From: Candidatus Undinarchaeota archaeon
GTDB taxonomy: Archaea; SpSt-1190
Length of the DNA stretch: 50,207 nt
NCBI GenBank assembly: GCA_964449215.1
Contig: CAYVAH010000002.1
Location: 1-50,207, forward strand
Direction: 5' to 3'
The first letter of the stretch is position 1. Every line of letters begins with the position of its first letter. The notes under the pieces were generated by a model. That model saw only the letters and a list, made by a program, of their open reading frames with translations. It ran no database searches and was not told the origin of the DNA. The translations under genes were made by a program, and so were the position numbers. Of this stretch, positions 24,655 to 33,373 are shown piece by piece.

Positions 24655-25215
24655 TCAGAACTTGTAGTTTGAACCGATGTACGCCCAGAACACCACGGTG
24701 GGAACGTACCCCGACAGGAACCAACCGACCACTGGTATGAGTGAAAGCACCAGGGAGACCCCGAACACCAGCAAGGCTGCCACCACCCACACGCTAATGA
24801 AGGGTCCGGAGTATGCCTTGCTCAACATTTCACCGAACTTGAAGCCATCTGACAGATTCCCCTTCTTTCCCAGCTCAAGAACAGCCCTTGTAAACACCGG
24901 AGCGGCAAGGAGAAACAGCAGTGAGCCCGCAGCAATGAACTCGAACTTCAAGGGGGAGAGCCCCATAGACAGCACAGCAATCGGCACCAAGAAGTACACT
25001 ATTGCAACAAGCACGGCCTTCAGTCCAAGCACCCACTGTTCAAAGCTGAAGCCGGGAAGCTTCTTAGGTTTCTTCGCAATCTCAAGACCGTATCCCATCA
25101 GCACGAAACTCACGATAGGTATCAGGCTAAGAACACTGCCGACAACAAGTTTTCCAAGGTCCTCAAACGGCTTTTTCAGCACGTCTCCAATTTCCATACA
25201 CAGAAATACCGGCAT
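24655..25215 (-). CDS. DUF4013-like membrane protein
   Basis: PFEDLGKLVVGSVLSLIPIVSFVLMGYGLE...LPGF; polytopic. Confidence 0.7.
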   Translation of the reverse strand: MPVFLCMEIGDVLKKPFEDLGKLVVGSVLSLIPIVSFVLMGYGLEIAKKPKKLPGFSFEQWVLGLKAVLVAIVYFLVPIAVLSMGLSPLKFEFIAAGSLLFLLAAPVFTRAVLELGKKGNLSDGFKFGEMLSKAYSGPFISVWVVAALLVFGVSLVLSLIPVVGWFLSGYVPTVVFWAYIGSNYKF

Positions 25216-25324
25216 GTTTTATATAGTTCACTTATAAGAAACTGTTGAAGGATTTTCCGCCAAGGGAAAAAACATTCGACATCCGCCTGCCAATGCTTTA
25301 TTAATTGAATAACCTCCGCTGATT

Positions 25325-26314
25325 GTGGACATCACTGTGTTGATACCAGCATACAAGAAACTCGACAGGATACCCAAGGCCTTGGACAAGCTCAGGTTCA
25401 GGGGGGACTTCGAGGTTATTGTTGCCGGGGACTGTTTAAGCCCCAGAGACAGGAAGTTCCTGAAGGAAAGGGGAGTCGTGCTTGACCACTCCGAGAAAAG
25501 GCGTGGCAAGGCCAATGCGCTGAACCAAGCCTCTGAGAAGGCAAAGGGAGAACTCCTTGTGTTCATCGACTCTGACACCTGCCCGGAGGACAGTGAGTTC
25601 CTGGAAAAAATCTGGAGGAACTACAAGGAAAGGAACTTCGAAATCGGAACGGGTAAAGTCATGGTTAATGGTGACAGCCTGCTCGAGAGGTCCATAAATG
25701 TAGAATACATGTTCATAAACAGTGCAGTATTTCTCGGAAACCTTTTCAGGAAGGCCATGCCACTGATTGGGGCATTCATAGTGGTCACGAAGGACGCCTT
25801 TAACAGGATAGGGAAGTTCGCCAAGGTCATTCTTGAAGACATCGACCTAGGATGCAGGGCAAATACCTCCGGGCTGCGATTTTTCTACATGAAGGACGTG
25901 ACTGTTTATACATCCTCACCGAAAAGATTCAGGGACTGGATGGTCCAGAGGAAAAGGTGGGTGATAGGAGGGTCACAGTCAATCTGGGCCGCGAAAAAAG
26001 AAGCAATAAAGAATTTCCCACTTTCGCTCGCAGCCATCACATCGTGCTATCCCCTCCTCTCAATCTCGTTGATGTTACTCGTCGCCGCAACCTTTGCTAT
26101 GTCCCAGGTGAGCATTGTATACATCCTTTCAGTAACCGCACTCCTGACAACCAGTCTAATGCTCGTGATGAACAGGGTCCTGAACTGGGGGATTTCGCTG
26201 TCCTCAGGAATCCACTATCTTCTGTGGTACGGCCCCATTTGGTCGACCCTTCTCGTAATAGAACTCCTGTATTTCTCCTTCAAGAAAGACAAACCTGCGG
26301 ACTGGGTAGTCTAG
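25325..26314 (+). CDS. GT2 glycosyltransferase, processive type (QxxRW) with C-terminal TM helices
   Basis: VLIPAYK, GKANALN, FIDSD, LEDID, QRKRW, three C-terminal TM segments. Confidence 0.88.
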   Translation: MDITVLIPAYKKLDRIPKALDKLRFRGDFEVIVAGDCLSPRDRKFLKERGVVLDHSEKRRGKANALNQASEKAKGELLVFIDSDTCPEDSEFLEKIWRNYKERNFEIGTGKVMVNGDSLLERSINVEYMFINSAVFLGNLFRKAMPLIGAFIVVTKDAFNRIGKFAKVILEDIDLGCRANTSGLRFFYMKDVTVYTSSPKRFRDWMVQRKRWVIGGSQSIWAAKKEAIKNFPLSLAAITSCYPLLSISLMLLVAATFAMSQVSIVYILSVTALLTTSLMLVMNRVLNWGISLSSGIHYLLWYGPIWSTLLVIELLYFSFKKDKPADWVV

Positions 26315-26348
26315 GCGAAGAGCTAAAAACCAGAACCGCCAGAACTTT

Positions 26349-26367
26349 TTGCCGGGGTGGCGGAGCC
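26349..26367 (+). repeat. direct repeat of the tRNA-Ser 5' end (att-like copy)
   Basis: TTGCCGGGGTGGCGGAGCC at 26349-26367 is identical to 26619-26637 (offset 270 bp). Confidence 0.85.
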
Positions 26368-26618
26368 CGGACGAGGGGCTGCGCCCCTACGTTTACCTGC
26401 AGGGTGTCTCCCTCCGGTCGAGCACCCAAAAGATGCCGGGCATCGGTTGGCATCAACGAAACCGAGCGCAAAGCAGTCCATCAACGCTTTCGCAGCGAGC
26501 CGAGCTGTTCCATCAACGAATTTGCGAGGCCGTTCGAACGGAGTTCGAGAGGCCCCACGAGCCGCTGCTCGTGTGGGAGGCGAGCCAAAGGCGAAGCCGA
26601 CGAAGCAAATTGGTTGAG
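26368..26618. mobile_element. small GC-rich palindromic insert between duplicated tRNA 5' ends (putative non-autonomous element or remnant)
   Basis: AGGGGC-TGC-GCCCCT hairpin, three CATCAAC motifs (26451, 26479, 26511) in stem-loop contexts, CCCACGAGC-CGCT-GCTCGTGTGGG hairpin; no credible ORF. Confidence 0.5.
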
Positions 26619-26620
26619 TT

Positions 26621-26702
26621 GCCGGGGTGGCGGAGCCTGGTAACGCGCTGGACTCGAAATCCAGTCCCTCTGGGATCAGGGGTTCAAATCCCCTCCCCGG
26701 CG
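26621..26702 (+). tRNA. tRNA-Ser(CGA)
   Basis: GCCGGGG/CCCCGGC-G acceptor stem, CTGGA-CTCGAAA-TCCAG anticodon arm, long variable arm, GGTTCAAATC. Confidence 0.95.
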
Positions 26703-26757
26703 CTGATAGCTCCATAACCGACCACAAAAAAAGAAAGAAGAAATAGGACCGTGAGCA

Positions 26758-26856
26758 TCATTTCTTCTTTTTCCTGGTTGTCTTCTTCTTTGTCGTCTTT
26801 TTCTTGGTTGCCTTCTTCTTGGTTGCCTTCTTTGTCGCCTTCTTCTTAGCGGGCAT
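26758..26856 (-). CDS. 32-aa Lys-rich histone H1-tail-like microprotein
   Basis: MPAKKKATKKATKKKATKKKTTKKKTTRKKKK; GGTGA SD 5 nt before the ATG; AT-rich promoter region upstream. Confidence 0.75.
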   Translation of the reverse strand: MPAKKKATKKATKKKATKKKTTKKKTTRKKKK

Positions 26857-26958
26857 CTCAATCACCGGGATTCTCCCCGGTAACAATATGCCGGGGAAAT
26901 ATTTATCCTTTCTTTATCTTTCCGGAAAAAATAACTATCAGCAGGTATGGGGATAGGC

Positions 26959-27600
26959 ATGGTGGTTTATGTAATCAACTTCAAAGCATACGGCGAGACG
27001 GTCGGGGAGCGGGGGCTTGGGATAGCAAAGATCCTCGACAGGTTCGCCTCCGAGACCGGGGCGAAGATTATGGTGGCAGTTCAGCCCACGGATATCCGCA
27101 TGATTGCAAAAGAGGTGTCGATACCCGTTCTTGCCGAACACTTCGACCCTGTGGAACCTGGAGCCAAGACGGGGTGGGTGACACTTAAAGCCGTGAGAGC
27201 GGCTGGAGCGAGTGGAAGCCTGATAAACCACAGCGAACACCGCATACCCAAAGAGAAAATAGCCAAGGCTGTGGAGATGGCAAAGGGAGCCGGGAAGCTC
27301 GTGATAGTCTGCGCCAGAGACGCAAAGGAGGCGAGGGAGCTTTCGGAACTCAAACCGGACTACATAGCAGTGGAACCCCCAGAGCTGATAGGTGGAAACA
27401 TAAGCGTGAGCAGGGCACGGCCGGAGCTGATATCCGAAAGCGTCCGGCTTTCCAGAGTCCCCGTGCTTGTGGGTGCTGGAGTAAAAACCAGCGAAGATGT
27501 GAGAAAAGCCGTCGAGCTCGGGGCCAAGGGCGTGCTGGTTGCAAGCGGCGTGGTCAAGTCAGGGGACGTGAGGAAGGCAATTGAAGGGCTGATCATTTAA
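26959..27600 (+). CDS. tpiA: triosephosphate isomerase (archaeal type)
   Basis: INFKAY, VLAEHFDP, LINHSEHR, AVEPPELIG, LVGAGV, GVLVASGVVK; alternative ATG at 26947. Confidence 0.96.
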   Translation: MVVYVINFKAYGETVGERGLGIAKILDRFASETGAKIMVAVQPTDIRMIAKEVSIPVLAEHFDPVEPGAKTGWVTLKAVRAAGASGSLINHSEHRIPKEKIAKAVEMAKGAGKLVIVCARDAKEARELSELKPDYIAVEPPELIGGNISVSRARPELISESVRLSRVPVLVGAGVKTSEDVRKAVELGAKGVLVASGVVKSGDVRKAIEGLII

Positions 27601-28684
27601 TGGGCTTGAACCTCTTTTTCAGCTTTTCAAGCACGGCCGGGATTGTGGTGTATTCCATTTCCCCTATGCCGAGGCGGTGTGGCTCGAAAGGACCGTTCTG
27701 CATTAGGTAGTCCGCTATCTCATTCGCCCTCTGTCTCGCCCTGTCAAATGACGGATCATCGAAGAGGTCCTCCGGACCAACAAGCCTGCCATTGGCGAGC
27801 TGGAAACCCGCAGCAATGACTCTCGGCGGACCATCAAAACGTGACGGCCTGGCCTGAGCAAAGCTGGTCGGCATGAACGGGCCGTGATGCGAACCACGCA
27901 TCCACCCTTTGACCAGGTATGGAAAAGCAAAAGGTTCCAGCACCTCACCAAGGGCAGGGAACTCGTGCTGGGCACGGACTATCATCACAGGGTCATCCTT
28001 CCCCACATACTTTCCGGCAATCAGGTTCAGGCTCTCGGTGCTGGTCACCGCACCAACCACATCATCTCTGGTGTAAACGCGCTTCACCACATACCGTTCG
28101 CTCGCTCCTATGAGTGCAAGCAGCTGGTAGGACTCCTCTGGGGTTTTGAGAACCACCTTCTTCTTTTCAAACAGGTCATACACTTCAAACTTGAAACCCT
28201 GCGCAACACTTGGCGAGACCACCAGGCCAGCAGTGTTGAACGGGTCAGCAAAAATCTTGTAGAGCGCAAAGTTCCACGCCCCTGCTTCAGTCTTGTCAGC
28301 CATGAACACCACTATCGGCTCGCTCTTGCGCTCCTCAATCTCCATTTCCGCAATTCCCGGACCCATCCCCCTGACATTGCCCGCGAATGCTGAACTCAAC
28401 AGGTCCTGACCCGCACCGTAGAGCTTGAGTCTCTTCGCAACCTTCGTGCCCTCAACGAAGGTATTCCAAGCAAGGGAATGAATCTTCTTGTTGTCAATGC
28501 CCTTCCTGTGAGTCATTATGAGCTGAAGGTCATCCCCACACGCAAGGACGCGGAAGTCAACAAGCAACTTTGACCTCTTCGCCTTCGAGAGATGCTTTTC
28601 AGCTGCCTTCACAATTTCTGGATGGACAGAATGATGCCCTGGAAAACCTCCAACATCCGCCTTGATCGCACTTATGGTTACCAT
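27593..28684 (-). CDS. fbp: fructose-1,6-bisphosphate aldolase/phosphatase
   Basis: TISAIKADVGG, GDDLQLIMTH, LYGAGQDLL, DPFNTAGLV, YVGKDDP, GWMRGSHHGP, RFDGPPRV. Confidence 0.97.
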   Translation of the reverse strand: MVTISAIKADVGGFPGHHSVHPEIVKAAEKHLSKAKRSKLLVDFRVLACGDDLQLIMTHRKGIDNKKIHSLAWNTFVEGTKVAKRLKLYGAGQDLLSSAFAGNVRGMGPGIAEMEIEERKSEPIVVFMADKTEAGAWNFALYKIFADPFNTAGLVVSPSVAQGFKFEVYDLFEKKKVVLKTPEESYQLLALIGASERYVVKRVYTRDDVVGAVTSTESLNLIAGKYVGKDDPVMIVRAQHEFPALGEVLEPFAFPYLVKGWMRGSHHGPFMPTSFAQARPSRFDGPPRVIAAGFQLANGRLVGPEDLFDDPSFDRARQRANEIADYLMQNGPFEPHRLGIGEMEYTTIPAVLEKLKKRFKPIK

Positions 28685-28763
28685 ACCATAAAGGGACAAA
28701 AGAACGATTTAAGCTTTTCACTTTCCCATAAACATTTAAATCTCTCCTCTTTTAAATTCACTA

Positions 28764-30386
28764 ATGGAAGCAGGAAATCGCGAAATTCTGCTAAATAAGC
28801 AAGCAGCGAGTAGTAAAACCTTATTGCTATCAAGAAATGGAGTATTTTTGTTTCTATTTGGGAATGGTGCCTTTGGCAGTAAGTGGTGTGGGCTCTGGCA
28901 AAACGACACGAAGTTTCTGGACTACTTTGCCCTGCGCGTGAACGACGAGTGGCTTTCCCCTGAGAACTTCCACTCGCTGAAATACAACGGGATAACGGCA
29001 GAGCTGAATTATAACGCCGGCACGAAAGTGAGGGAGCGACTCTGCGTCACGGAAGGCGGGCTCGTTGTGGAGCTCCAGACCCGTGGAAGGTCGGAGTTCG
29101 ACCTGGAAATGGGAGTGAACATCCGCAAGAGGGACGAGGACATAAGGGATGAAGGCTACAAGGTGTTCAAAAGAAAGGGCATCCACGTCGGGAACTCCCT
29201 CGGCAGGCTCAGTATCCAAGCCAAAGGGGTATTCACACCAATAAACCAGTACGAGGTGCACTTCCCCGGCAGGTACGCGCAGGAAGTGGGATACGACTGG
29301 AACGAATCGCCGCAAAAGAAGTTCGTCCCGGGGATACTCTCCATGAAAGGAAGAAAAGTGGAAATAAAGTTTTCCCTCGCACCGGGCGTCGGGTCTTTCA
29401 ACCTCGCGAAGAAATCGGCCAGGAGCTATGTGAGAAAGCACAAGGCAGTGGGATGGGAAATGGCAGCTTCCCTCTCCCACTTCATCACCAGGCTGGAGGG
29501 AAAAACAGCCTTCCTGGCGGGGTTCCCGTACTTCAACGAGTTCTGGACCCGGGACTTCCTGTGGATGGTGAAACCCTTGCTGGAGAAGGGATACCTTGAA
29601 GAGGTCAAGGAGGCCGTCGGGCTGATAGCCAAGCACCAGCTCCCGGACGGCAGCATCCCAAATGTCGTGGGCGTTCCAGAAACCAACGCAGACTCCACAC
29701 CGCTGTGGATAATCGCCGCGGACGAGCTGGTGAAAGAAGGAGCGAAGGTTGACGTAAAACACCTGAAAGCGGCTCTCGAATTCGGCAGGAAACACCTGAA
29801 GAGAGGTGTTGTCTGGCACCCCGAGGAGCTAACCTGGATGGACACCCTCTGGAGGCGAGGGGGCATCGAGATCCAGTCCCTCTGGGCCGAGGCATTCGAA
29901 CGCGGAAGCGAGCTGATCGACCCGAAGCTTGAGGACCTGTCAGCAGAGATATGGGAAACCGTGGAAATCGACTATCTGACGCACGAGGTGTTCAGGGACT
30001 CCCTAGAAGGACCATACAGGTTCACCGCCAACACCCTGGTCCCTTTGGTGTTCGGCCAGGCCTCCCTTGGCCAACGAAAGAAGACCCTGAAAAGAGCCAG
30101 AAAGGAACTGCTCACCCCTGATGGGGTGAAGGCAGTCAGCAAGAGCGAGAGCTCAACCCCTGAAAAATATCACGAGAGGGTCTGGGGGATAACGACATAC
30201 TGGGGTTCCGTGGCCTTCGGCAAATCAGAAGGCAAAAAGATACTTGACAGCTGGTCCAAACACATGAACTCGCGAACCCTCTACGGGATGCCTGAGACTG
30301 TTTCCAAAGGCAAGCCCATGGGGGCAACGCATCAGTTGTGGTCAACAGCCTTCCTGCCATCCGCAGGGAGAGGAGGTCGAAAATGA
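28764..30386 (+). CDS. glycogen debranching enzyme (amylo-alpha-1,6-glucosidase family)
   Basis: AGFPYFNEFWTRD, NADSTPLWIIA, LTWMDT, IEIQSLW, C-terminal HQLWS. Confidence 0.85.
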   Translation: MEAGNREILLNKQAASSKTLLLSRNGVFLFLFGNGAFGSKWCGLWQNDTKFLDYFALRVNDEWLSPENFHSLKYNGITAELNYNAGTKVRERLCVTEGGLVVELQTRGRSEFDLEMGVNIRKRDEDIRDEGYKVFKRKGIHVGNSLGRLSIQAKGVFTPINQYEVHFPGRYAQEVGYDWNESPQKKFVPGILSMKGRKVEIKFSLAPGVGSFNLAKKSARSYVRKHKAVGWEMAASLSHFITRLEGKTAFLAGFPYFNEFWTRDFLWMVKPLLEKGYLEEVKEAVGLIAKHQLPDGSIPNVVGVPETNADSTPLWIIAADELVKEGAKVDVKHLKAALEFGRKHLKRGVVWHPEELTWMDTLWRRGGIEIQSLWAEAFERGSELIDPKLEDLSAEIWETVEIDYLTHEVFRDSLEGPYRFTANTLVPLVFGQASLGQRKKTLKRARKELLTPDGVKAVSKSESSTPEKYHERVWGITTYWGSVAFGKSEGKKILDSWSKHMNSRTLYGMPETVSKGKPMGATHQLWSTAFLPSAGRGGRK

Positions 30387-31522
30387 AAATAGCAGTGCTG
30401 GCAAGTGAGCTGTGGCCCGTATTCAGTGGTGGGCTCGGAGTTGCAGTGTATGAGCTCGTAAGAGCACTTGAGAACCGCCGCAACGGCATGAGCTTCAAGG
30501 TGGTAATACCCAAGCTCAACTGGAAGGGTCATCTCCGCTCTCCTGTGGTTGAAACCCCCACGGAACTCGGTTATTCCGTCTACTTTTACAAGGGGGAACC
30601 AATACTCGGGTGGGAATCAATAAAAGAGATACAGGGCTTCAACCTCGCACTTGTTCAGGCCTGCGGGAAAAACACCGACATAGTCCACGCAAATGACTGG
30701 ATGACCGTGCCCGCAGGAGTTATGCTCAAGAAAAGGGGGAAGAAGTTCCTGTTCCACATTCACAGCACGGAATATGACCGGACCAACTTCAATCCGAGGA
30801 AGTGGGTCGTTGACATAGAAAAGATGGGGGCGGAAATGGCGGACCTTGTCGTGGCAAACAGCTTCAGGACGAAAAAGCAACTGGTGGAACTCTACGGCAT
30901 AGACCCGAAAAAGATTGAGGTCATATACAACGGGACAAATATTGAAAGGTTTTCCGGACCCATCAACAAGAACCTGAAGAAGCCCGGGGATAAGGTGGCA
31001 CTCTTTGTCGGGAGGCTCACAATCCAGAAGGGGGTATGGCATCTCCTCCAGGCTGCCAAGCAGGTCGTTGAAAAGGAACCGAAGGCGAAGTTCGTCATAG
31101 TCGGTTCGGGCCCGGACATGCCCTACCTCATAGACACTGCAATCAAGCTCGGTATAGAAAAAAACGTCATATTCACCGGGAAGCTGAGCGAGGAGGAGCT
31201 GATCGCGGCCTACAGGATGTGTGACGTTTTTGTCATGCCCTCAGTCAATGAACCCTTCGGGATAGTTGCACTGGAAGCACTTGCATCCGGGAAGCCGGTG
31301 ATACTCAGCAAGACATCCGGGGTCGGGGAGGTCATAGACCACTGCTTCAAGGTAGATTACTGGGACACCAACCTCCTCGCCTCGCGCATATTGGAGGTCT
31401 TTCACTACAAGGAGCTGAAAAAGGCCATGGGGAGAAATGGCTCGACCGAAGCAAGAAAGCTGAGCTGGGACAGCTCAGCCCGGAAGTTTGAAGAGGCATA
31501 CAGGAGGGTCATGAGTGCGTAA
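30383..31522 (+). CDS. GT4 glycosyltransferase (glycogen-associated)
   Basis: ELWPVFSGGLG, VHANDWMT, HIHSTEYDR, FVGRLTIQKG, PSVNEPFGIVALEA; ATGA overlap with the debranching enzyme gene. Confidence 0.92.
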   Translation: MKIAVLASELWPVFSGGLGVAVYELVRALENRRNGMSFKVVIPKLNWKGHLRSPVVETPTELGYSVYFYKGEPILGWESIKEIQGFNLALVQACGKNTDIVHANDWMTVPAGVMLKKRGKKFLFHIHSTEYDRTNFNPRKWVVDIEKMGAEMADLVVANSFRTKKQLVELYGIDPKKIEVIYNGTNIERFSGPINKNLKKPGDKVALFVGRLTIQKGVWHLLQAAKQVVEKEPKAKFVIVGSGPDMPYLIDTAIKLGIEKNVIFTGKLSEEELIAAYRMCDVFVMPSVNEPFGIVALEALASGKPVILSKTSGVGEVIDHCFKVDYWDTNLLASRILEVFHYKELKKAMGRNGSTEARKLSWDSSARKFEEAYRRVMSA

Positions 31523-32708
31523 GGTCGCGTTCTGCTCGGTGCTCCACCAGCCGTGGAGAATATCAAAATACAGCTTCTTTGACATAGGTCACCACAAGAA
31601 CTATTTTGACAACCACCTGAACAAACGTCTCTTTGAAAGGGTGGCCCGGAAAAGCTACCTCCCAACCCTGCGGATAATGAAGGAGCTCTGCGAAGACACA
31701 GAATTCCGGGTCAATCTCTCCATGACGGGAACGTTCCTCCAGCAAGCGGAAAAATACAAACCGGCTGTGATAAAGGCACTCAAGGAACTTCACGCAACAG
31801 GAAAGATGGAACCGATAGCTGAGACATTCTACCACTCACTGGCATTCCTCATATCTGAAAAGGAGTTCAGAGAACAGGTGAGACTTCACCTCCAGAAAAT
31901 GAAGGAACTCTTCGGCGTGAGACCAAAGCTGTTCCGCAACACCGAGTCGTTCTACAATGATGATGTTGCCAAAGCGGTGGAGAAGCTCCGGTTCAAAGGG
32001 GTTATCACGGAGGGAAGCGAAAAGCTACTCGGCTGGAGAAGCCCGGGGTATCCCTACAGAGCTGATGGCACCAGGCTCCAGCTGTTTATGAGGAACTACC
32101 GTCTGAGCGATGACATAGCCTTCAGGTTCTCCGCCCGCAGCTGGGAAGGCTACCCGCTAACAGCCGACAAGTATGCGGCCTGGCTCGGGGCGATGCCAAA
32201 CCCGTTCACCGTTATATTCATAGATTTCGAAACCTTCGGGGAGCACCAATGGGAGGATACTGGAATATTCGAGTTCCTCAGGCATCTTCCCCGGCACGCC
32301 AACTCCAGCTCCGGAATAGAATGGTCAAATCTCTCAGACCTTCTGACAAACAGATTCGTGGACTCCATCCACTCCCCACAGTTCGTCTCCTGGGCAGACT
32401 GCGACAGGGACCTGAGCGCCTGGCTGGGAAACGAGATGCAGAACTCTGCCTTCAACTTTCTCAAGGAACTTGAAGCACCCGTAAAAGCCACCCGGGACAA
32501 GCATCTTATTGAAGTCTGGAGGTGGCTGACCACAAGCGACCACCTTTACTACATGAGCACAAAGTTCGCCGGCGACGAGGAAGTCCACAGCTACTTCAGG
32601 TGCGAGGCTTACAGCAGTCCCTATGACGCATTCACAAACTACATGAACATCCTCCAGGACCTCAAGTCGCTGGTCGATGAGCTCGGAAAACGAAAGAAGA
32701 AAAAGTAA
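31515..32708 (+). CDS. GH57 alpha-amylase/branching-type glycoside hydrolase
   Basis: HQP, SYLP, ETFYHSL, FRNTE, RNYRLSDDIAFRFS, DFETFGEHQW, SWAD, DHLYYM. Confidence 0.93.
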   Translation: MRKVAFCSVLHQPWRISKYSFFDIGHHKNYFDNHLNKRLFERVARKSYLPTLRIMKELCEDTEFRVNLSMTGTFLQQAEKYKPAVIKALKELHATGKMEPIAETFYHSLAFLISEKEFREQVRLHLQKMKELFGVRPKLFRNTESFYNDDVAKAVEKLRFKGVITEGSEKLLGWRSPGYPYRADGTRLQLFMRNYRLSDDIAFRFSARSWEGYPLTADKYAAWLGAMPNPFTVIFIDFETFGEHQWEDTGIFEFLRHLPRHANSSSGIEWSNLSDLLTNRFVDSIHSPQFVSWADCDRDLSAWLGNEMQNSAFNFLKELEAPVKATRDKHLIEVWRWLTTSDHLYYMSTKFAGDEEVHSYFRCEAYSSPYDAFTNYMNILQDLKSLVDELGKRKKKK

Positions 32709-32731
32709 GGGCTTTATACGAACCACAGCTA

Positions 32732-33373
32732 ATGAAGCCAATGAAGGGGCTTGTGGTATTTGACCTCGAAGGTGTCCTTGTCGAAGGAGAACTACTGGTG
32801 GAGATCGCAAGACTTGCCGGCATCAACCACATCAACAGGTTAACGGAAGCGGGGCTGCGGGGTGAGCTCCCCTGGGAGAAAAGCTTCAACGAGAGAATGA
32901 AGCTTTTGAAAGGTGTCCACAGGGAGGTCGTGAAAAAGGCCGGGGAGAGTCTGAAGGTAAACGAAGAAGCGGAGAATGTTGTCCGGGAGCTCAAAAGGAT
33001 GGGCTTCAAGGTATATGTTGTCAGCGGTGGCTTCGAAGGGACCGCAAGTGCCGTGAAGGAGCGGCTTGGCCTGGACGGCTATGTTGTCAACAGGATGGTG
33101 TTCCGGGATCAGTCGCTGGATGGCTGGGAACTGAAAGTGCGTGACAAAGGAAGGATTGTCCGGGAACTGAAAGAAAAACTCAGCCCCCCTGTAACCATAA
33201 CTGTGGGCGATGGGGCGAACGACATTCCCATGTTCAAAGAGGGTATCGGGGTGGCATACAGGGCCAAGGGAACGGCACGAGAGCACGCCAAGTTCAGCAT
33301 AGACAGACTCGAAGAGCTCCTGAAAATCGCCGCCAGCTTCACACGCGCCCCAGGGCCAGCTCATAAGCCTTGA
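32732..33373 (+). CDS. serB: HAD phosphatase, phosphoserine phosphatase (SerB) type
   Basis: VVFDLEGVL (DxD variant), VVSGGF, K, VGDGANDIPM. Confidence 0.8.
   Translation: MKPMKGLVVFDLEGVLVEGELLVEIARLAGINHINRLTEAGLRGELPWEKSFNERMKLLKGVHREVVKKAGESLKVNEEAENVVRELKRMGFKVYVVSGGFEGTASAVKERLGLDGYVVNRMVFRDQSLDGWELKVRDKGRIVRELKEKLSPPVTITVGDGANDIPMFKEGIGVAYRAKGTAREHAKFSIDRLEELLKIAASFTRAPGPAHKP

Noticed and set aside
26451-26520. CATCAAC repeats as a mini-CRISPR array
   Set aside because: The repeats are only 7-8 nt with 28 and 32 nt periodicity, and there are no cas genes in the window.
26351-26702. Single tRNA with a 270-nt intron or a split tRNA
   Set aside because: The downstream copy is already a complete 82-nt tRNA-Ser; the upstream copy is a redundant 5' fragment with no BHB junction evident.
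26323-26727. ORFs spanning the tRNA-Ser insert (26323-26727 -, 26349-26717 +, 26357-26617 +)
   Set aside because: They overlap a bona fide tRNA and palindromic sequence, have non-protein-like composition and lack an SD.
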